This document shows, piece by piece, positions 1 to 21,971 of a DNA stretch of 64,000 nt. This stretch comes from Guillardia theta CCMP2712 (taxonomy: Eukaryota; Protista; Cryptophyta): the NCBI RefSeq assembly GCF_000315625.1, contig NW_005434664.1, positions 688,570 through 752,569 of the forward strand. Reading direction: 5' to 3'. Positions within the stretch are counted from its first letter, which is position 1, and each line of letters opens with the position of its first letter. The translations under genes were made by a program, and so were the position numbers. The notes below the pieces were generated by a model, which had not been told where the DNA came from, searched no databases, and saw only the letters and a list, made by a program, of their open reading frames with translations.

Positions 1-44
1 ATCATTCCTTTCCTTTCTCCTCCATCCCCTCCTCATCCTCAACT

Positions 45-342
<298 letters not shown>

Positions 343-383
343 GGGGGTGGAGAGGATGAGGAGATGTGACTATGACGGATCAG

Positions 384-1650
384 GTGATGAAAATTGTCGA
401 GGACATTCGAGCAGCAGGAGGCGTCATAGGACCGCAGCACTGGTCACCTGCTCCAACCCTCTTCTCTTGTTGCTGACCTCGCCCTCTCCTCCTATCTTCT
501 CCCTCGTCCTCCTCCTCGTCTCTTTTATCTCCTCAACAACCTCATCTCTGTTACCTTGTCCTCTCCACAGGTCCCTTGTTATCAAGAGCATGTGTATGCA
601 AGAAGACTCGAAGGTTTTCCCTCCTCCTCCTTCTCCTCCTCCTTCTCCTCCTCCTCCTCCTCCTCCTCCTCCTCCTCCTCCTCCTCCTCCTTCTCCTCCT
701 CCTTGTTCACTCATCGATCTTCTCGTCCTCCTCCTCCTCCTCTCCCTCAAGGTCTTACTTTCTTGCAGGGAGCGTATGCTATCATGAAGCAACATATCAA
801 GTGCGGCTCTTCTCTTCTGCATGCCCTCCATCTTTTACGCTTTCCCTTCTCCTCCTCCCCTTTAATCGTGCTCCTCCTCTTCTTTTGCCTCTCTACCTTC
901 TCCTCCTCACTCGCTACTGTGTTGCAGGCATGCTGATCTCGTCTGCTACAACACCCTTATCCGAGCAAGTGTTCGAGCAGGCGACTCGGGTGAGGCTCCT
1001 CCTGTCCGATCACATCTCCTTGCCCGCCCTCCTCCGCATACTCGCTTTCCTGCTCCTCTTTCTCCTCTTCCTCGCCTCCATTCCCCTCCCTTCTTGCTCC
1101 TCCGCCATTTTCTTTGTTCTCTTCCTTCGCCTTCCCTTCCTCCTCCTTTTGAAACTGACTTGAATTCAGACACTCTCATCCTCATCCTCCGCGACATTGA
1201 GCAGCAGGTTCTCCTCCTCCTCCTCCTCCTCCTCCACCACCACCACCACCACCACCACCTCCTCCTCCTCCTCCTCCTCCTCCTCCTCCTCCTCCTCCTC
1301 CTCCTTCTATTCCTTCTATTCCTTCCCTTCTCCCTCGTCTGATACCTGGCGCAGGGTCTTGTACCGGACGAGCACACTTCCCGAGCGCTCAGCCAATCAG
1401 GGAAGTCAGCGGGGCTGCTCAAGGTGCGGGAGAGGAGGAGGAGGGACTTGAGGGTGAATCGAAGGAAGAGAAGCGAGGGAGGGGAGAGAGGGAGAGAGCA
1501 GGGGGAAGGGAGGAGGGGAGGGAAAGGGGCGGAGGTGTTTGGGAAGGAGGGAGGGAGGAGAAGGGGGTCCTGACAGGCAGACAGGTGAGCTCCTTGCTGA
1601 GGATGTTCGACGCGAACTTTAAGAAAAGGCTGTTGAGCGTTGTGGAATGA
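384..1650 (+). CDS. Pentatricopeptide-repeat (PPR) protein, 3' portion (5' end outside window), multi-exon
   Basis: Hand-spliced GT-AG exons read VMKIVEDIRAAGGVIGPQHW-SLVIKSMCMQEDSK-GAYAIMKQHIK-HADLVCYNTLIRASVRAGDS-DTLILILRDIEQQ-GLVPDEHT...-VSSLLRMFDANFKKRLLSVVE*. DLVCYNTLIRA...GD...GLVPD is a typical PPR motif. Confidence 0.75.
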
Positions 1651-1895
1651 AGAGGATGGGAAGGAGAAGAACAAAGGAGGACAAGAGGAGGGGAGGAGGA
1701 GGAGGAGGTGGTGGTGGTGGTGGAGAGGGTTCCGTGGCTGGAGGAAGGAGAAGAGCCAAGGGGGAGAGTAGAACTTGCGGGATTGAGTTCATGAATGAAG
1801 CTAATCGCGTGAAAGATGCGAAGAAAACGATTTCAGAGTGGGAGATGCAGGGCAAATGATTTATTTACAGGAAGAGCAGCCAATCAGTTGGTTGT

Positions 1896-2320
1896 CTACG
1901 ACTTGTCGAGAACGTTGATAGGCTCCAAGATTCTGATAAGAGACGTGAGGATGGAAGCAAGCAGAGTTGAGGAGGAGAAGGAGCAAGGGGAGCGGGGAGG
2001 AGGAGCAGGGGGAGCAGGAGCAGGGGGAGCAGGAGCAGGGGGGGGAGTAGGAGGAAGGGAGAAGAGGACAAGGGAGCAAGTACATGTTCTTGTTGGTCTC
2101 GACGACACATCCGTTGAGGATCATCTCATCCACTATGAAGTGAGCCTTGTCCAGCTGAGACATGATGTCCAGCTCACAGACGTTCTCAAAAAACCTGAGC
2201 CATCACCTGTCAATGTCCCTTCTCCTCCTCGTCCTCCTCCTCCCCCCCTGATCCTCCTCGTCCTCCCCTGATCCTTCCCCTCCTCCACCACCACCACCTG
2301 CTCCTGCTCCTGCTCCTGCT

Positions 2321-2366
<46 letters not shown>

Positions 2367-3080
2367 TTGCTCCTGCTCCTGCTCCTGCTCCTCTCCTTTC
2401 TCGCTCTGGCTCGTCCCTGTGTTCAACATCTTTCTCTCCGGCTTCCTCTCCTTCCTACCTATCCAGCGTTTCCACAAGTGCGTGAATCAGCTCCAGGATT
2501 GCCAGCTCGTTTTCATCCTGAACCAACGAGTAAATTGTCATCTCCATCGCCATCATCATCATCATCATCTCCATCATCATCTCCATCTCCATCATCATCA
2601 TCATCATCATCATTCAATCATCATCTCCGTGATCTCCATCATCATCTCAATCATCATCAATATGATCATAATTCTTCCGACACAACGCTTACCTCATCTG
2701 CGCCGACGATGAAGAACAATGACGCATAGCGTCTGTACGCGATGTTGTATCCCTTGTACTCCAGGAACGAGCACTGCAAGGATAACGTCCATCAGCTTAC
2801 CAGGTGGGACGAGCATGGAGCTGGAGGCAGTAGAAGCAGGAGCAGGTGCAGGAGCAGGAGCAGATCGGCAACGAGCGACTCTCACCTGCTGCTCCCCGCG
2901 CATGAGGCATCGCCTGACTATGTCGGCTTCCTGTGCTGACCTCTCCTCCACCGTCAGGTCCCTCCGCTCCTCGTAATACCGCGCCAGGCGCGTCTGCCCC
3001 TGCCCCTCAAGCTGTCAGAGGAGGATGAAGAAGCAGGGAAGGCTCGCCTGCTTGTTGACGACGATCAGGAACTTGATCAT
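1896..3080 (-). CDS. AP4S1: AP-4 adaptor complex sigma (small) subunit, multi-exon
   Basis: Spliced protein [21 protein letters not shown]...IVRRCLMR...[12 protein letters not shown]...[54 protein letters not shown]...[11 protein letters not shown] matches the AP-4 sigma consensus. Confidence 0.9.
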
Positions 3081-3524
3081 GGCTGTGAACAGACGACGTA
3101 AGCTTCTCCTCCTCCCTCTCCTCCTGTCTCCTCCTCTTTCCTCCTGCCTCCTCTTCCCTCCTCCGTGCTTGCCACCTACTTCCTCCCTCCCTGCCTTCGC
3201 CTCCCTCCTCTCCCCCTTGTTCCCCTTCGCCCTCCTGTCCTTGCATTGCCCCGCCTCCCCCAACAAAACCCCAAAAGATTATGATCTGGATTATGATGCT
3301 GTTATGATGATGCAGCGCACAGTTAAGGGAAGGAGAGGAATGAAGAACGAGCAGGAGGAGCAGGAGCAGGAGCAGCAGGAGCAGCAGGAGCAGGAGCAGG
3401 AGCAGGAGAAGGAGCAGGAGCAGGGGCAGGAGCAGCAGTAGCAGCAGCAGGAGCAGGAGCAGGCAGTAGCAGGAGTGATCACTGACTGCTTTCGCAGCAA
3501 GAGGAGGAAGGAGATGTATTCAGA

Positions 3525-4330
3525 ATGAGCCCCTGCAAGAGCTCCTTGACCACCTTCGCTCGTCATCAGAGGCCCTTCCTCCTCCTCCTCCTCCTCTCTT
3601 CCATCCTCCTCCTTCTTGTCGTCGTGGTATCATACCTCGCTCATCCATCAACGAATGAGGAGGAACTTGCCCAGAAACTTATCCGCTCCCGCATGCTCGA
3701 CAGGTGACCACCGCCAACACCTGCTGCTGCACCCCCTCCTCCTCCTCCTGTCCCTCTCTCTCCTCCTCCTCTTTCTCCCGCCCCACGCCATTCCCCTCTG
3801 CATTCTAACCAAACGAAACTATGGTCAGGCAGCTGCGTCATGACAGCCATGCGCACGATGACGCGAAGCTAAAGCGTCTGCTGGTGAACTCTACAACCTC
3901 CTCCCTCCCTCCCTCCCTCCCTCACTCACTCACTCACTCACTCAATCCCTCTGATGCTCCTCAGGGCGCCTTGAAGTCGACTGGCAGGAGGATGAGGAGG
4001 GAGGACGAGTCTCTGAGCGTGATGGTGAACCCTTCCTCCCCTTCCACCGCTCCCCTGAAAGACCTGCAGGAGAAACTGACCAGGGACAGAGAGAGGTCCG
4101 TCCTCCGCCTCCTCCACCTACAACGCAAGCTCGCACGTTCACGCACCAGGTTTCCTCCTTCCCTCTTTCTCCTCCTCCCTCATGCTCTGCCGCAGGCGAC
4201 CCACACGGGGGGAGGAGGAGGGAGAGCGAAGAGACGAAGAGCGTCGGAGGAGGGGGAGGAGATGGAGATGAAGAAGACAACAGGAAAAGTGGCTGCGAGC
4301 ACAGGCAGGAATGCAGAACAAACCTTGTAA
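3525..4330 (+). CDS. Hypothetical protein with N-terminal membrane anchor, multi-exon
   Basis: MSPCK...FLLLLLLSSILLLLVVVVSYL then GT-AG joined exons ...RMLDR-QLRHDSHAHDDAKLKRLL-GALKSTGRR...; no recognisable domain. Confidence 0.45.
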
Positions 4331-4447
4331 TAAACATGAACCTCACATACACCTCCTCCCCCCCCGCCGCCCCTCCTCCTGCTTCCCTTCCTGCTCCTGC
4401 TCTGGCAGCTCTCCTCCCCTCCTCACACACTTCACTTGTCGCGCTCC

Positions 4448-14093
<9,646 letters not shown>

Positions 14094-15589
14094 TTCCTTT
14101 CGATCCTCGTGCGTCTGAGATCGTCAGAAACCACATGCTCAAAAGCATGCCATCAAACAAGGAAGGAATCCATCAGTGCGCCCTTGACACTCTTGAACTG
14201 GACGTATTTACACACATCCTGCAGGTCAAAATCAAAACGCCGTCAAACCCCCTCTGTACCAAACACCACACCACAACTCATTCAAACACTTCTCATTGTT
14301 TCCCTTTTCTCCCGTTCTCGACATCTTTTTGTTTGTATTTGAATCAAAGTTTTGGAATGTATGTCCTTTATTTCTTTTCCATCTATTCTCACATGGCTCA
14401 AACATTTTTTTGATCAGCTTGATCTATTGTGATCACCTAAAATCTCTTCACGACTATTGATGTCCATATACATATATCCTCGTCTTGACACCAGAAATGA
14501 AGGGGTAGGCCTCTATTTCTTTCTCTAACCCTTCCAGAACACTCTCGGTGGATTTTGTTTGGTAGATTTGCCGCCTATCTAGCCTACTGCTTTTCGTCAC
14601 TCAACTGAAGCTTAACAACGAAGACTGCTACCGTGACACCTCCGCCTGTCTAGGCTCGTCTATTCAAGTGCTGTTGCCCATCGCTCCTCTCGTCTATTCA
14701 AGTTGTCATCCTTCTCGTAGTTGTCCTGAACTGCATGAACTACCAATTATCCCTCGCTCCTTCCACCTGAACCTACGGCAGTGCCTGACTCAAGAACCAC
14801 ACACCCTGCATCTCCTTCAACCGCCTTGTTTCCAATGTGCCCACTCGTGATCTTCTCATGAAACATTCTATCTCCTTCCCCTCCTCCCTGTCTCCCGCGC
14901 GCCATCGTCGATCCATCCTTCTCCATCTCTCTTGTCCGATCCCCCGTCGGCAACCGCAGTGCATCAACAACCGAGAGAACCACCTACCCCACCCCCAAAA
15001 GTCCCTAATTCTACTCCACCCACCCCCTCCAGTTAGCCTATATACCCCACCCATTCAACCCCTTGGCTTCTTTACTTCCCTTCCTCGTAGAAGTTACTAC
15101 TAGATTTTCATACCCAGTACCCCCTACACCCTACCGATTCAGCACGGCACTACGGTAGTACCCCCACCCCACCCCTTGCCCCACCAGCCGTGCGTTAAAA
15201 TTATATTGATACCCTCTACGGCTACCCCCAAGTTTACCTCAAGATCTCGCGCCACTCTTTTGAGAACCCGTCTGACGTACCCCCCTTTCCCCCTTTCAAC
15301 TACCCACCCAACAGGCTCCTTCCCAGTCTCTCAATCTGACCCAGTACTCTTTTGACAAATACAGCATACCACCGGTCCGTCTTCACCCTTTCATGGGACC
15401 CCACCCCCACCCTTGACCTTTTCACCACCCTCACCCCAATGGCCACCCGGAGATAGAGATCCATGGACCGGGTGGCAGCGAACAACTTTACGGTACCCCA
15501 CCACCCCTACTTCAGAGTCTTCGCCGGGTCACACTCGTACCCCCCCCTCCGAGTCAACAAACGGTACCGGTAAAAAAAGGTCATTTCAT

Positions 15590-15960
15590 CAATCATAGCA
15601 TGGTCGGTACCATCAACGACTCGTCGGAGACCGGGCCGGACGGTCGGCTCAGAGGCCCCCCGGGCTGAGGGGCCTTTACTCAAAGTTAAGTTAAAATTAG
15701 ACGGTATCGCCGGAGGACAATCATGCCAGAGCTCGGAGTGCCGCTGCCGTCGTAAGTCCTTTACTCAAAGTTAAGTTACGCGGCGCCGCTCCACCGTGAC
15801 TCGGAGGACAGTATCCGATCAGTTGAATGCCGGTCCGATCTCAGTGGGGCCTCCGACGTGACTCGAGTTTCAAGTTCAATCAGTGAGTGGCACCGGCGCG
15901 CGGCCCGGCCCGGGCCGCGGCGCTACTAGCCCCTGATTGAAACTTGATTTCGCAGTGAAA
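15590..15960. promoter_or_regulatory. GC-rich CCG/CGG mosaic core in the divergent channel/Skp1 spacer
   Basis: Two copies of CCTTTACTCAAAGTTAAGTTA (15673-15693, 15758-15778), GTGACTCG, TTTCAAGTT and TTGAAACTTGA; function inferred from position only. Confidence 0.45.
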
Positions 15961-16908
15961 GTATTGTAATATATTTAACTTTCAAATTTGATCTTAAAAT
16001 TTCATATATTTATTTGAAAATTACACCCCTACCCACTCGTTGTTTTCTGGATACTACAGACCTCAGCTTTTCTAGAAGGTAGTAATTCTACCCCATGATT
16101 TAACCAAATTTGAAGGGATATTGTATGGGTAGTGTCCAGGGCTATGTAGGGGTGTGGGGGGTAGGTAGGGGGTAGTGACGAGCGGTCTATTGAGAAGGGC
16201 TCGTGGCAAGGAAGGGATGGAATGAGGGGGGTAGGTATGTTGAACTCCACAAAAGTGTGGTAGGGTACTGGAAATAGGGGTATGTATCCCTGGTTTTAGT
16301 GGGGTACATGAGATGGAAATGTGCGGAGTGGTCATTCGCACCGAGTAGGGTACTTCAAGAGGAGGGTGGGGTGAAGGTTTACCCGAAAGGGGCGGGGGTG
16401 GGTTCACGGGGTCAGCGGGAAGGAACAATGGCCTGAAGGAGCACCGGAGGAAGCGGGGGGGGACGATGAGAGGGGATAAGGAAGCGATGTTGACGATGGG
16501 AACATGATTTTATGAGATATAGTAGGCATTGACAAGGAGAAAGGGTCATGGAGGGGAGGTGCAAGTGCTTCCTTGTTGAAGGTGAAGCTACTGCCTGGCA
16601 CAGGAAAGGAGCTGTGGTGATGTGCGGTGGTCAGACACTGTGTTGTAGCTGGGTGTTTGGAAAGTATGTAGATGAGATTTGATTGTATCATGATCCCTGT
16701 CTGTAGTATAGCAAGGATCAGTGGTCGCAGGGAAGTTATCAAACATCAATCGAACACTTGTCGTGCAGGACACAATGTCATTAGGGATATGAGGTTTAGA
16801 CAGCACAGAGATGAAGGATTCATGTCGATTCGACTCATTTCAGCCCTTCACTCTGTTTGGCTGATTCTATGCTTCCAGTGAACTTCAAGACTCTTGAGAT
16901 TGAAGACC

Positions 16909-17737
16909 ATGTCCGAAGCGGATCCTGAGATAACACTTGAGACATATGACAAGCATCAAATCAAGATCCCCAAGAGCATTGCTACACGATCTGCGAGTGA
17001 GTGATATCAATTCCTCTTGTCGATATCTTCAGACTGATCTTGTGCCTGCTGCGGTCCTTGTCTGTCTCTGTCAACAGTCATCAACATGATGATCGAAGGT
17101 GCTCTTTGCAATTGATGTTCACGGGGGTCGGTGATGCATCCTTTTCAGACACTGGAGATGTCAATGAAGTGGTTCCTCTTGCGGACAAGAGCTGCACTTT
17201 GAACATCATGAACCGAGTGATTGAATACCTGAAGAAGCATGCGGAGTTCGACAACACTGGCGCAGACGATGAGGTGAACTCTCGCTCCTTACGCTCCATC
17301 GCGTCGTTGACGTGCACCATACCAGGTCATCAACGAGTTTGACAAAGAGTTCCAAGAGCAGAGCGATGAGATCATCTTTCAGACAATACTGGCCGCCAAT
17401 TTTCTGGACATTAAGGTGCTCTCCACAATCGTATTTCTGTACATTGACGGATTCAAATTCTGCAGAACCTTCTTGAACTTATGTGCAAGAAGGTAGCAGA
17501 TGAAATCAAGAAGTGCAAGACACCGGATGACATAAGGGATAGGTAGTGCAGGACGATAACATGTCATCATGTCACCATGACTACTGCGCACCCATAGGTT
17601 TAACATCCGAAAGGATTACACGCCTGAGGAAGTTGAGGAAGTGAAGCGTGCCCATCCTTGGATATACGACAAGGTGAGGCTTGAAATGTCTTGCTGGATG
17701 CATTTCCAACCCTTTACTCTCGCAGAATGCAAAGTAA
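16909..17737 (+). CDS. SKP1: Skp1 (SCF ubiquitin ligase adaptor), 7 exons
   Basis: MSEADPEITLETYDKHQIKIPKSIATRSA-IINMMIE-DTGDVNEVVPL...VIEYLKKH...[56 protein letters not shown]. Confidence 0.93.
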
Positions 17738-17866
17738 TTCAAACATCAAGTCAATGTGGAGTTAGGAATGCAATACTACCGTGTGAATGTTCATCTCATC
17801 TTTCAACAGAATCATGCTATTTCAACATTATTCGCAACTGCTGAAAGGAACAGTGGATGCTCGAGC

Positions 17867-18929
17867 TTAGATTGCGACTGGGTCGTAGAGCGGGATGTCG
17901 CATTTTCTTGACATGTAATCCAAGTACGCAGCCACCTGTTGTCAAATCAGCCGTCTTGACCAACCAATAAAACGCAGAATACAAGCAATACAAGCACATC
18001 ATCACGTATAACACAGATATGGTCACCTTCTCCGTCAAGACGAGATCCTTGATGATGGTCACAGAGCGAAGTCTCCCAAACAGGTCGATGTCATCATACG
18101 ACAAGCCGCCTTCTGTGCAGTGCTCAGGAGCGAAGATGAGCTGATCGAGCTCCTTGATGGCATCATTTGCCACAGGAAGAAGCTCTGCAGTCCTCTGCAT
18201 GGCCTTGCGATACTCTCCCCACCTGAACTCAGGGCTGCACTTGCTGTCGTCCTTCCAGTCTGCCTTCGTGAAGTCGCCAACGGGATGGTTCTTGACATAA
18301 GCATCACGGGCGGAAGAGAAGGCAAACTCCGGGAGAATTCCGGTGGCCACATAGCGAGGGCGCTGCAGAAGGCGGAATGTTTCGGAATGCTTCTCCTGCC
18401 AAGCCGACAGATCCTTTCTTCCACTGGCTGGACGGAGAATTGGAGCTCCGAATGACTCATCCTCGTCGATTCTCTTCACAATGTCCATGGACTCTGGCAT
18501 TGTCAGCCCGATCGACTTCATCTCAAGGATAGGCGCGATCTTCTTCCCAACAAGGCCCGTCGGGATGTCGACCTCGTCATTGGCCATGAAACGAAGCTCA
18601 TGGCGAACGTTCTTGAGACCAAAGATCATCCTCGCTCGGATGCAGAAAGGGCAGTGATCGTAAACATAGAGGGTAGGCAGAGGAGATTTCGGGGTGATGG
18701 CTGGTGCGCGCTCCACCTTACCCGCGTAGGGTTTTGCCTGAAGGTCGAGGGAGCAGAGGATAGGACTCTTGCGCGCCATGGTTCTCAGCCCACTTGACTT
18801 GGACGTAGCAAGAGAGTTGAATCCAGCTTTGAACAAGGAGGAGGGAGAGGAGGGAGACGTGGAGAACGCGTGGCTTCCTTGCCCGAGAGCGAGCGCAACG
18901 GACAGGCAAAGAGCAGAAGCCAACGCCAT
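17867..18929 (-). CDS. grxB: Glutaredoxin 2 (GrxB-type, GST-like fold) with bipartite plastid-targeting leader; one 3' intron
   Basis: LYVYDHCPFCIRARMIFGLK, GKKIAPIL, MPESMDIV, LSYDDIDLFGRLRSVTII; last exon VAAYLDYMSRKCDIPLYDPVAI*. N-terminus MALASALCLSVALALGQGSHA-F followed by an S/K-rich transit peptide. Confidence 0.88.
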
Positions 18930-19009
18930 AGCGACTGCCTTATATGATTGTCTTCGTACTGAGTTTTAACTTAACTTTGAGTAAAAGCCTTATATGTGTC
19001 CGTCAGTGC

Positions 19010-19465
19010 TGCCTGGCGTTGCCTGGCGTAGCCCGGCACCGGGCCGACGGCGGCCCAGTAACCGTCTCACCGTCTACTACCGTACGGTACTGTATGCCGA
19101 TAGGGCCCGGCGGCCGTGCGAACCGTTGAAACGGGCCGGTTGAACCGTTGAACCGCTGATCCGTGACGGACTCCAGCCTGGCAGGCCCTGGCCGCCGGGC
19201 CGGGCGGCGGGGGGCCCCACAGCCTCGGGTGCCACCGGGTGCAACTTAGCCTCACAGCGGCGGCTGCACTCAGTCCGAGGCTGGTTACGGTACCGTACCG
19301 CGGGGTACTCGGAGGGTTCAAGGCCGCTGAGCACCGTCTGACTCACCCGGGTCATTCGAGCTCAGCAGCCGCTGTCACCGTGCCACGGTGTGTCAGAACG
19401 CCACGGCCGGGTGCACCGTACGGTACGTGACCGGCGGTCCCCGGCACCCCACCGTGCCCCCCCCC
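19010..19465. repeat. GC-rich CCG/CGG/CGTACGG mosaic upstream of grxB
   Basis: Dense CCGG, CCGTACGG, GTTGAA and TGACTC words; same vocabulary as 15590-15960, 37260-37980 and 49560-50300. Confidence 0.6.
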
Positions 19466-19663
19466 NNNNNNNNNNNNNNNNNNNNNNNNNNNNNNNNNNN
19501 NNNNNNNNNNNNNNNNNNNNNNNNNNNNNNNNNNNNNNNNNNNNNNNNNNNNNNNNNNNNNNNNNGAAACCCTCGGGGGGCCTCCCCCCCCCCCCCCCCC
19601 CCCCCCCCTCAGCCTTGGCCGCCTGGGATCTCAGGATTGAAACTCAGCAACTTGCCGGTTACT

Positions 19664-21217
19664 TTAACTTAGTGTGTTTGAGTAGCTTCCGAGCTTCTCC
19701 GGCCCAGTGGCCGGGCGGCTCCTTCCGAGCACCTCATCTACGTATTGCCTGCACATATACTCTCTTTTCCTCACTCTCCCAGCGAAGTTCGTGTTCCTCT
19801 CCATCACCATCTTGGAAGTTTCAAAAGACGCCCGCACCGTCGCCTTGCGCTCGTCGATGTCATGGTACAAGTACCTCGGGTCGTCGTGCACGAACAGCTC
19901 TGCCAGGTCCAGCCAGGTGCTGCCCTGGTCGATGGAGGAGAAGTATGGCAGGTGGAACTGGTCTCCCTCGGACAAGAAGGCGATTGTCCACGAGAAAGTC
20001 CCGATGTCCCCGATGAAGATCCTTGCCGCCCTTGCCAGGCAATGGTCTCTCATTGGGGATTCACTCCTCACCAACACACTGTGCTGCTTGACGAGCTTTT
20101 GAACTATAAAATCGTTCTTGTTCTGCGGGGGGCAAATGACAAAGATCCTGCCAGCTACATTTTGCCGCTTCAAGGAATTAAGGATGATGTCGTAATACTG
20201 AGATGGGAGGTCTTGATGGACGCAACCATACTTGCCTTCACACAATTCTTTGCTTGCACCCCGGTAGTGTATGACAACGTCTGACTTGCCCAACTCTTTC
20301 TGGAACTTCTTCACCCAACGGTTGTCAAAGATCCGCAGGAAATCCTGTCTGAAGGGTTGGAAAGTGAGGTAGTGCTGCTGGTAGATATCACCGCAGAACT
20401 CATCGGCTACCAACACGTTGTCCCGATTCTTGTCCTGCTCGAGGAACTGGACGTCAGCATCCGAGTACTCACGCAATGTATTGACCGCATCCAACTTGTC
20501 AGCAACAAGGGACCGATTGAGGTAGCTCCCAATGATCCTCGCATGCATGTAAATGATGATCCAGTTTCCTAACCTCCCATCAAAGTGAATCTCCATCAGT
20601 CCAGGATCTACCGCAGCGACCTCCTTGTTTGTCGTCGTAAACATGTTCATAAAGTTTCTCTGCCAGCTCCATGCTTTCTTTTTCGGGAGCGACTGCTGGA
20701 ACGGAGGTACAGGCAGACGTTGTAGAACACCTAGGGAAACTGAGCTGGTGTTCCTTGTGTCATTGCGAGCCTCTGTGAAATTGCGGGAAGGCTGTCGGCT
20801 CAGTTCTGATCTGATGGTCAAACGCTCGAGCTTGCTGCCCAGCTTGACGATTGAAGAGGGAGGTAACGAGGAGTTGATTGGGTGCAGAAGGGAACGAGTA
20901 ATGGTGTCGATCGTGATATTCTGTTCTGATCTGCTAGTGTTCGATGCCATATGCCTCGACATCTGGTGACTGATGCTATGAAAGGCTTGAGACTTGCTGA
21001 TATTGTTCTGTACACGGGAAAGCTTAAGATTGACGTTGCCAGGTTTGGTTACAGCTGGTTGGGAGGATGCGACTACATTCGGTGCAACGCTTTCGCTCCA
21101 CAAACTTTGCCCACTCTCCATAACATCCATGATGTATTCTAAATTCTGCTCGTCGTACAAGAGAAAGAAACCAATGGCAGAGACAACCAAACCAGCGATG
21201 AGAAACTTGGATCGCAT
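19664..21217 (-). CDS. Glycosyltransferase, GT11 (alpha-1,2-fucosyltransferase)-like type II membrane protein, single exon
   Basis: N-terminal TM (FLIAGLVVSAIGFFLLY), S/T-rich stem, GT11-type motifs GRLGN, VVIHYRG and GTFSWTIAFL. Confidence 0.72.
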   Translation of the reverse strand: MRSKFLIAGLVVSAIGFFLLYDEQNLEYIMDVMESGQSLWSESVAPNVVASSQPAVTKPGNVNLKLSRVQNNISKSQAFHSISHQMSRHMASNTSRSEQNITIDTITRSLLHPINSSLPPSSIVKLGSKLERLTIRSELSRQPSRNFTEARNDTRNTSSVSLGVLQRLPVPPFQQSLPKKKAWSWQRNFMNMFTTTNKEVAAVDPGLMEIHFDGRLGNWIIIYMHARIIGSYLNRSLVADKLDAVNTLREYSDADVQFLEQDKNRDNVLVADEFCGDIYQQHYLTFQPFRQDFLRIFDNRWVKKFQKELGKSDVVIHYRGASKELCEGKYGCVHQDLPSQYYDIILNSLKRQNVAGRIFVICPPQNKNDFIVQKLVKQHSVLVRSESPMRDHCLARAARIFIGDIGTFSWTIAFLSEGDQFHLPYFSSIDQGSTWLDLAELFVHDDPRYLYHDIDERKATVRASFETSKMVMERNTNFAGRVRKREYMCRQYVDEVLGRSRPATGPEKLGSYSNTLS

Positions 21218-21971
21218 GTTGACCTAATAAAGAGAACTGGCTACATCATTCGCTTGCTTCTGAGGAACTATTCCTGACGTAGCCAGTACATTTTTGTTCG
21301 AATAGTGAATTCCTACGATTCTATTCTCTTGATCCCTCTACTTTCTCTTCCCGAGAGAACTTTCTTTCCTCCTCTCCTATCGTCCTCTTGTCCTCTCGTC
21401 CTCTCGTCCTCTTGTCCTCTCGTCCTCTCGTCCTCTCATTCTCCTCCTCTCCTCCTCTCCTCCTCTCCTCCTCTCCTCCTCTCCTCCTCTCCTCCTCTCA
21501 TTCTATTCTTCTCTTCTCCTCCTCTCCTCCTCTCCTCCTTTCCACTCGCCCTCGTCGTCGGGGTTCCGCCCACCCTCGCATTCCCTCCCTCTCCGTCCCC
21601 TTGATTTGCTTACTATTACCCCACCCATTCTCTATGACCCCACCCCCCTCTATAACCGACGAAACCCCCCCGCGGCCCCCATATGTCATACAAGTACCCA
21701 CCCACCCCTCCGCCTCAGGATCACGTCCCAAAAACAAGTTGAGAAGCTTCCGAGGCCCCTCACTACTTGCTGCCCCTGCTGCCCTCGTGACCCATCACAC
21801 CCACCCCTGTTTTTACCTATCATATGAGGGGTAGTGGGGGTACTATCACCCACTCAGTTTCCGAACAAATTTGTTGCTCAGTCAGCAACCCGACAATTTT
21901 TTACTCAACAGTACTGCGACCCAATGCCATCTCCGGTCACCCATCTTCACTGGTCACTGTCGGGGTTGCAG

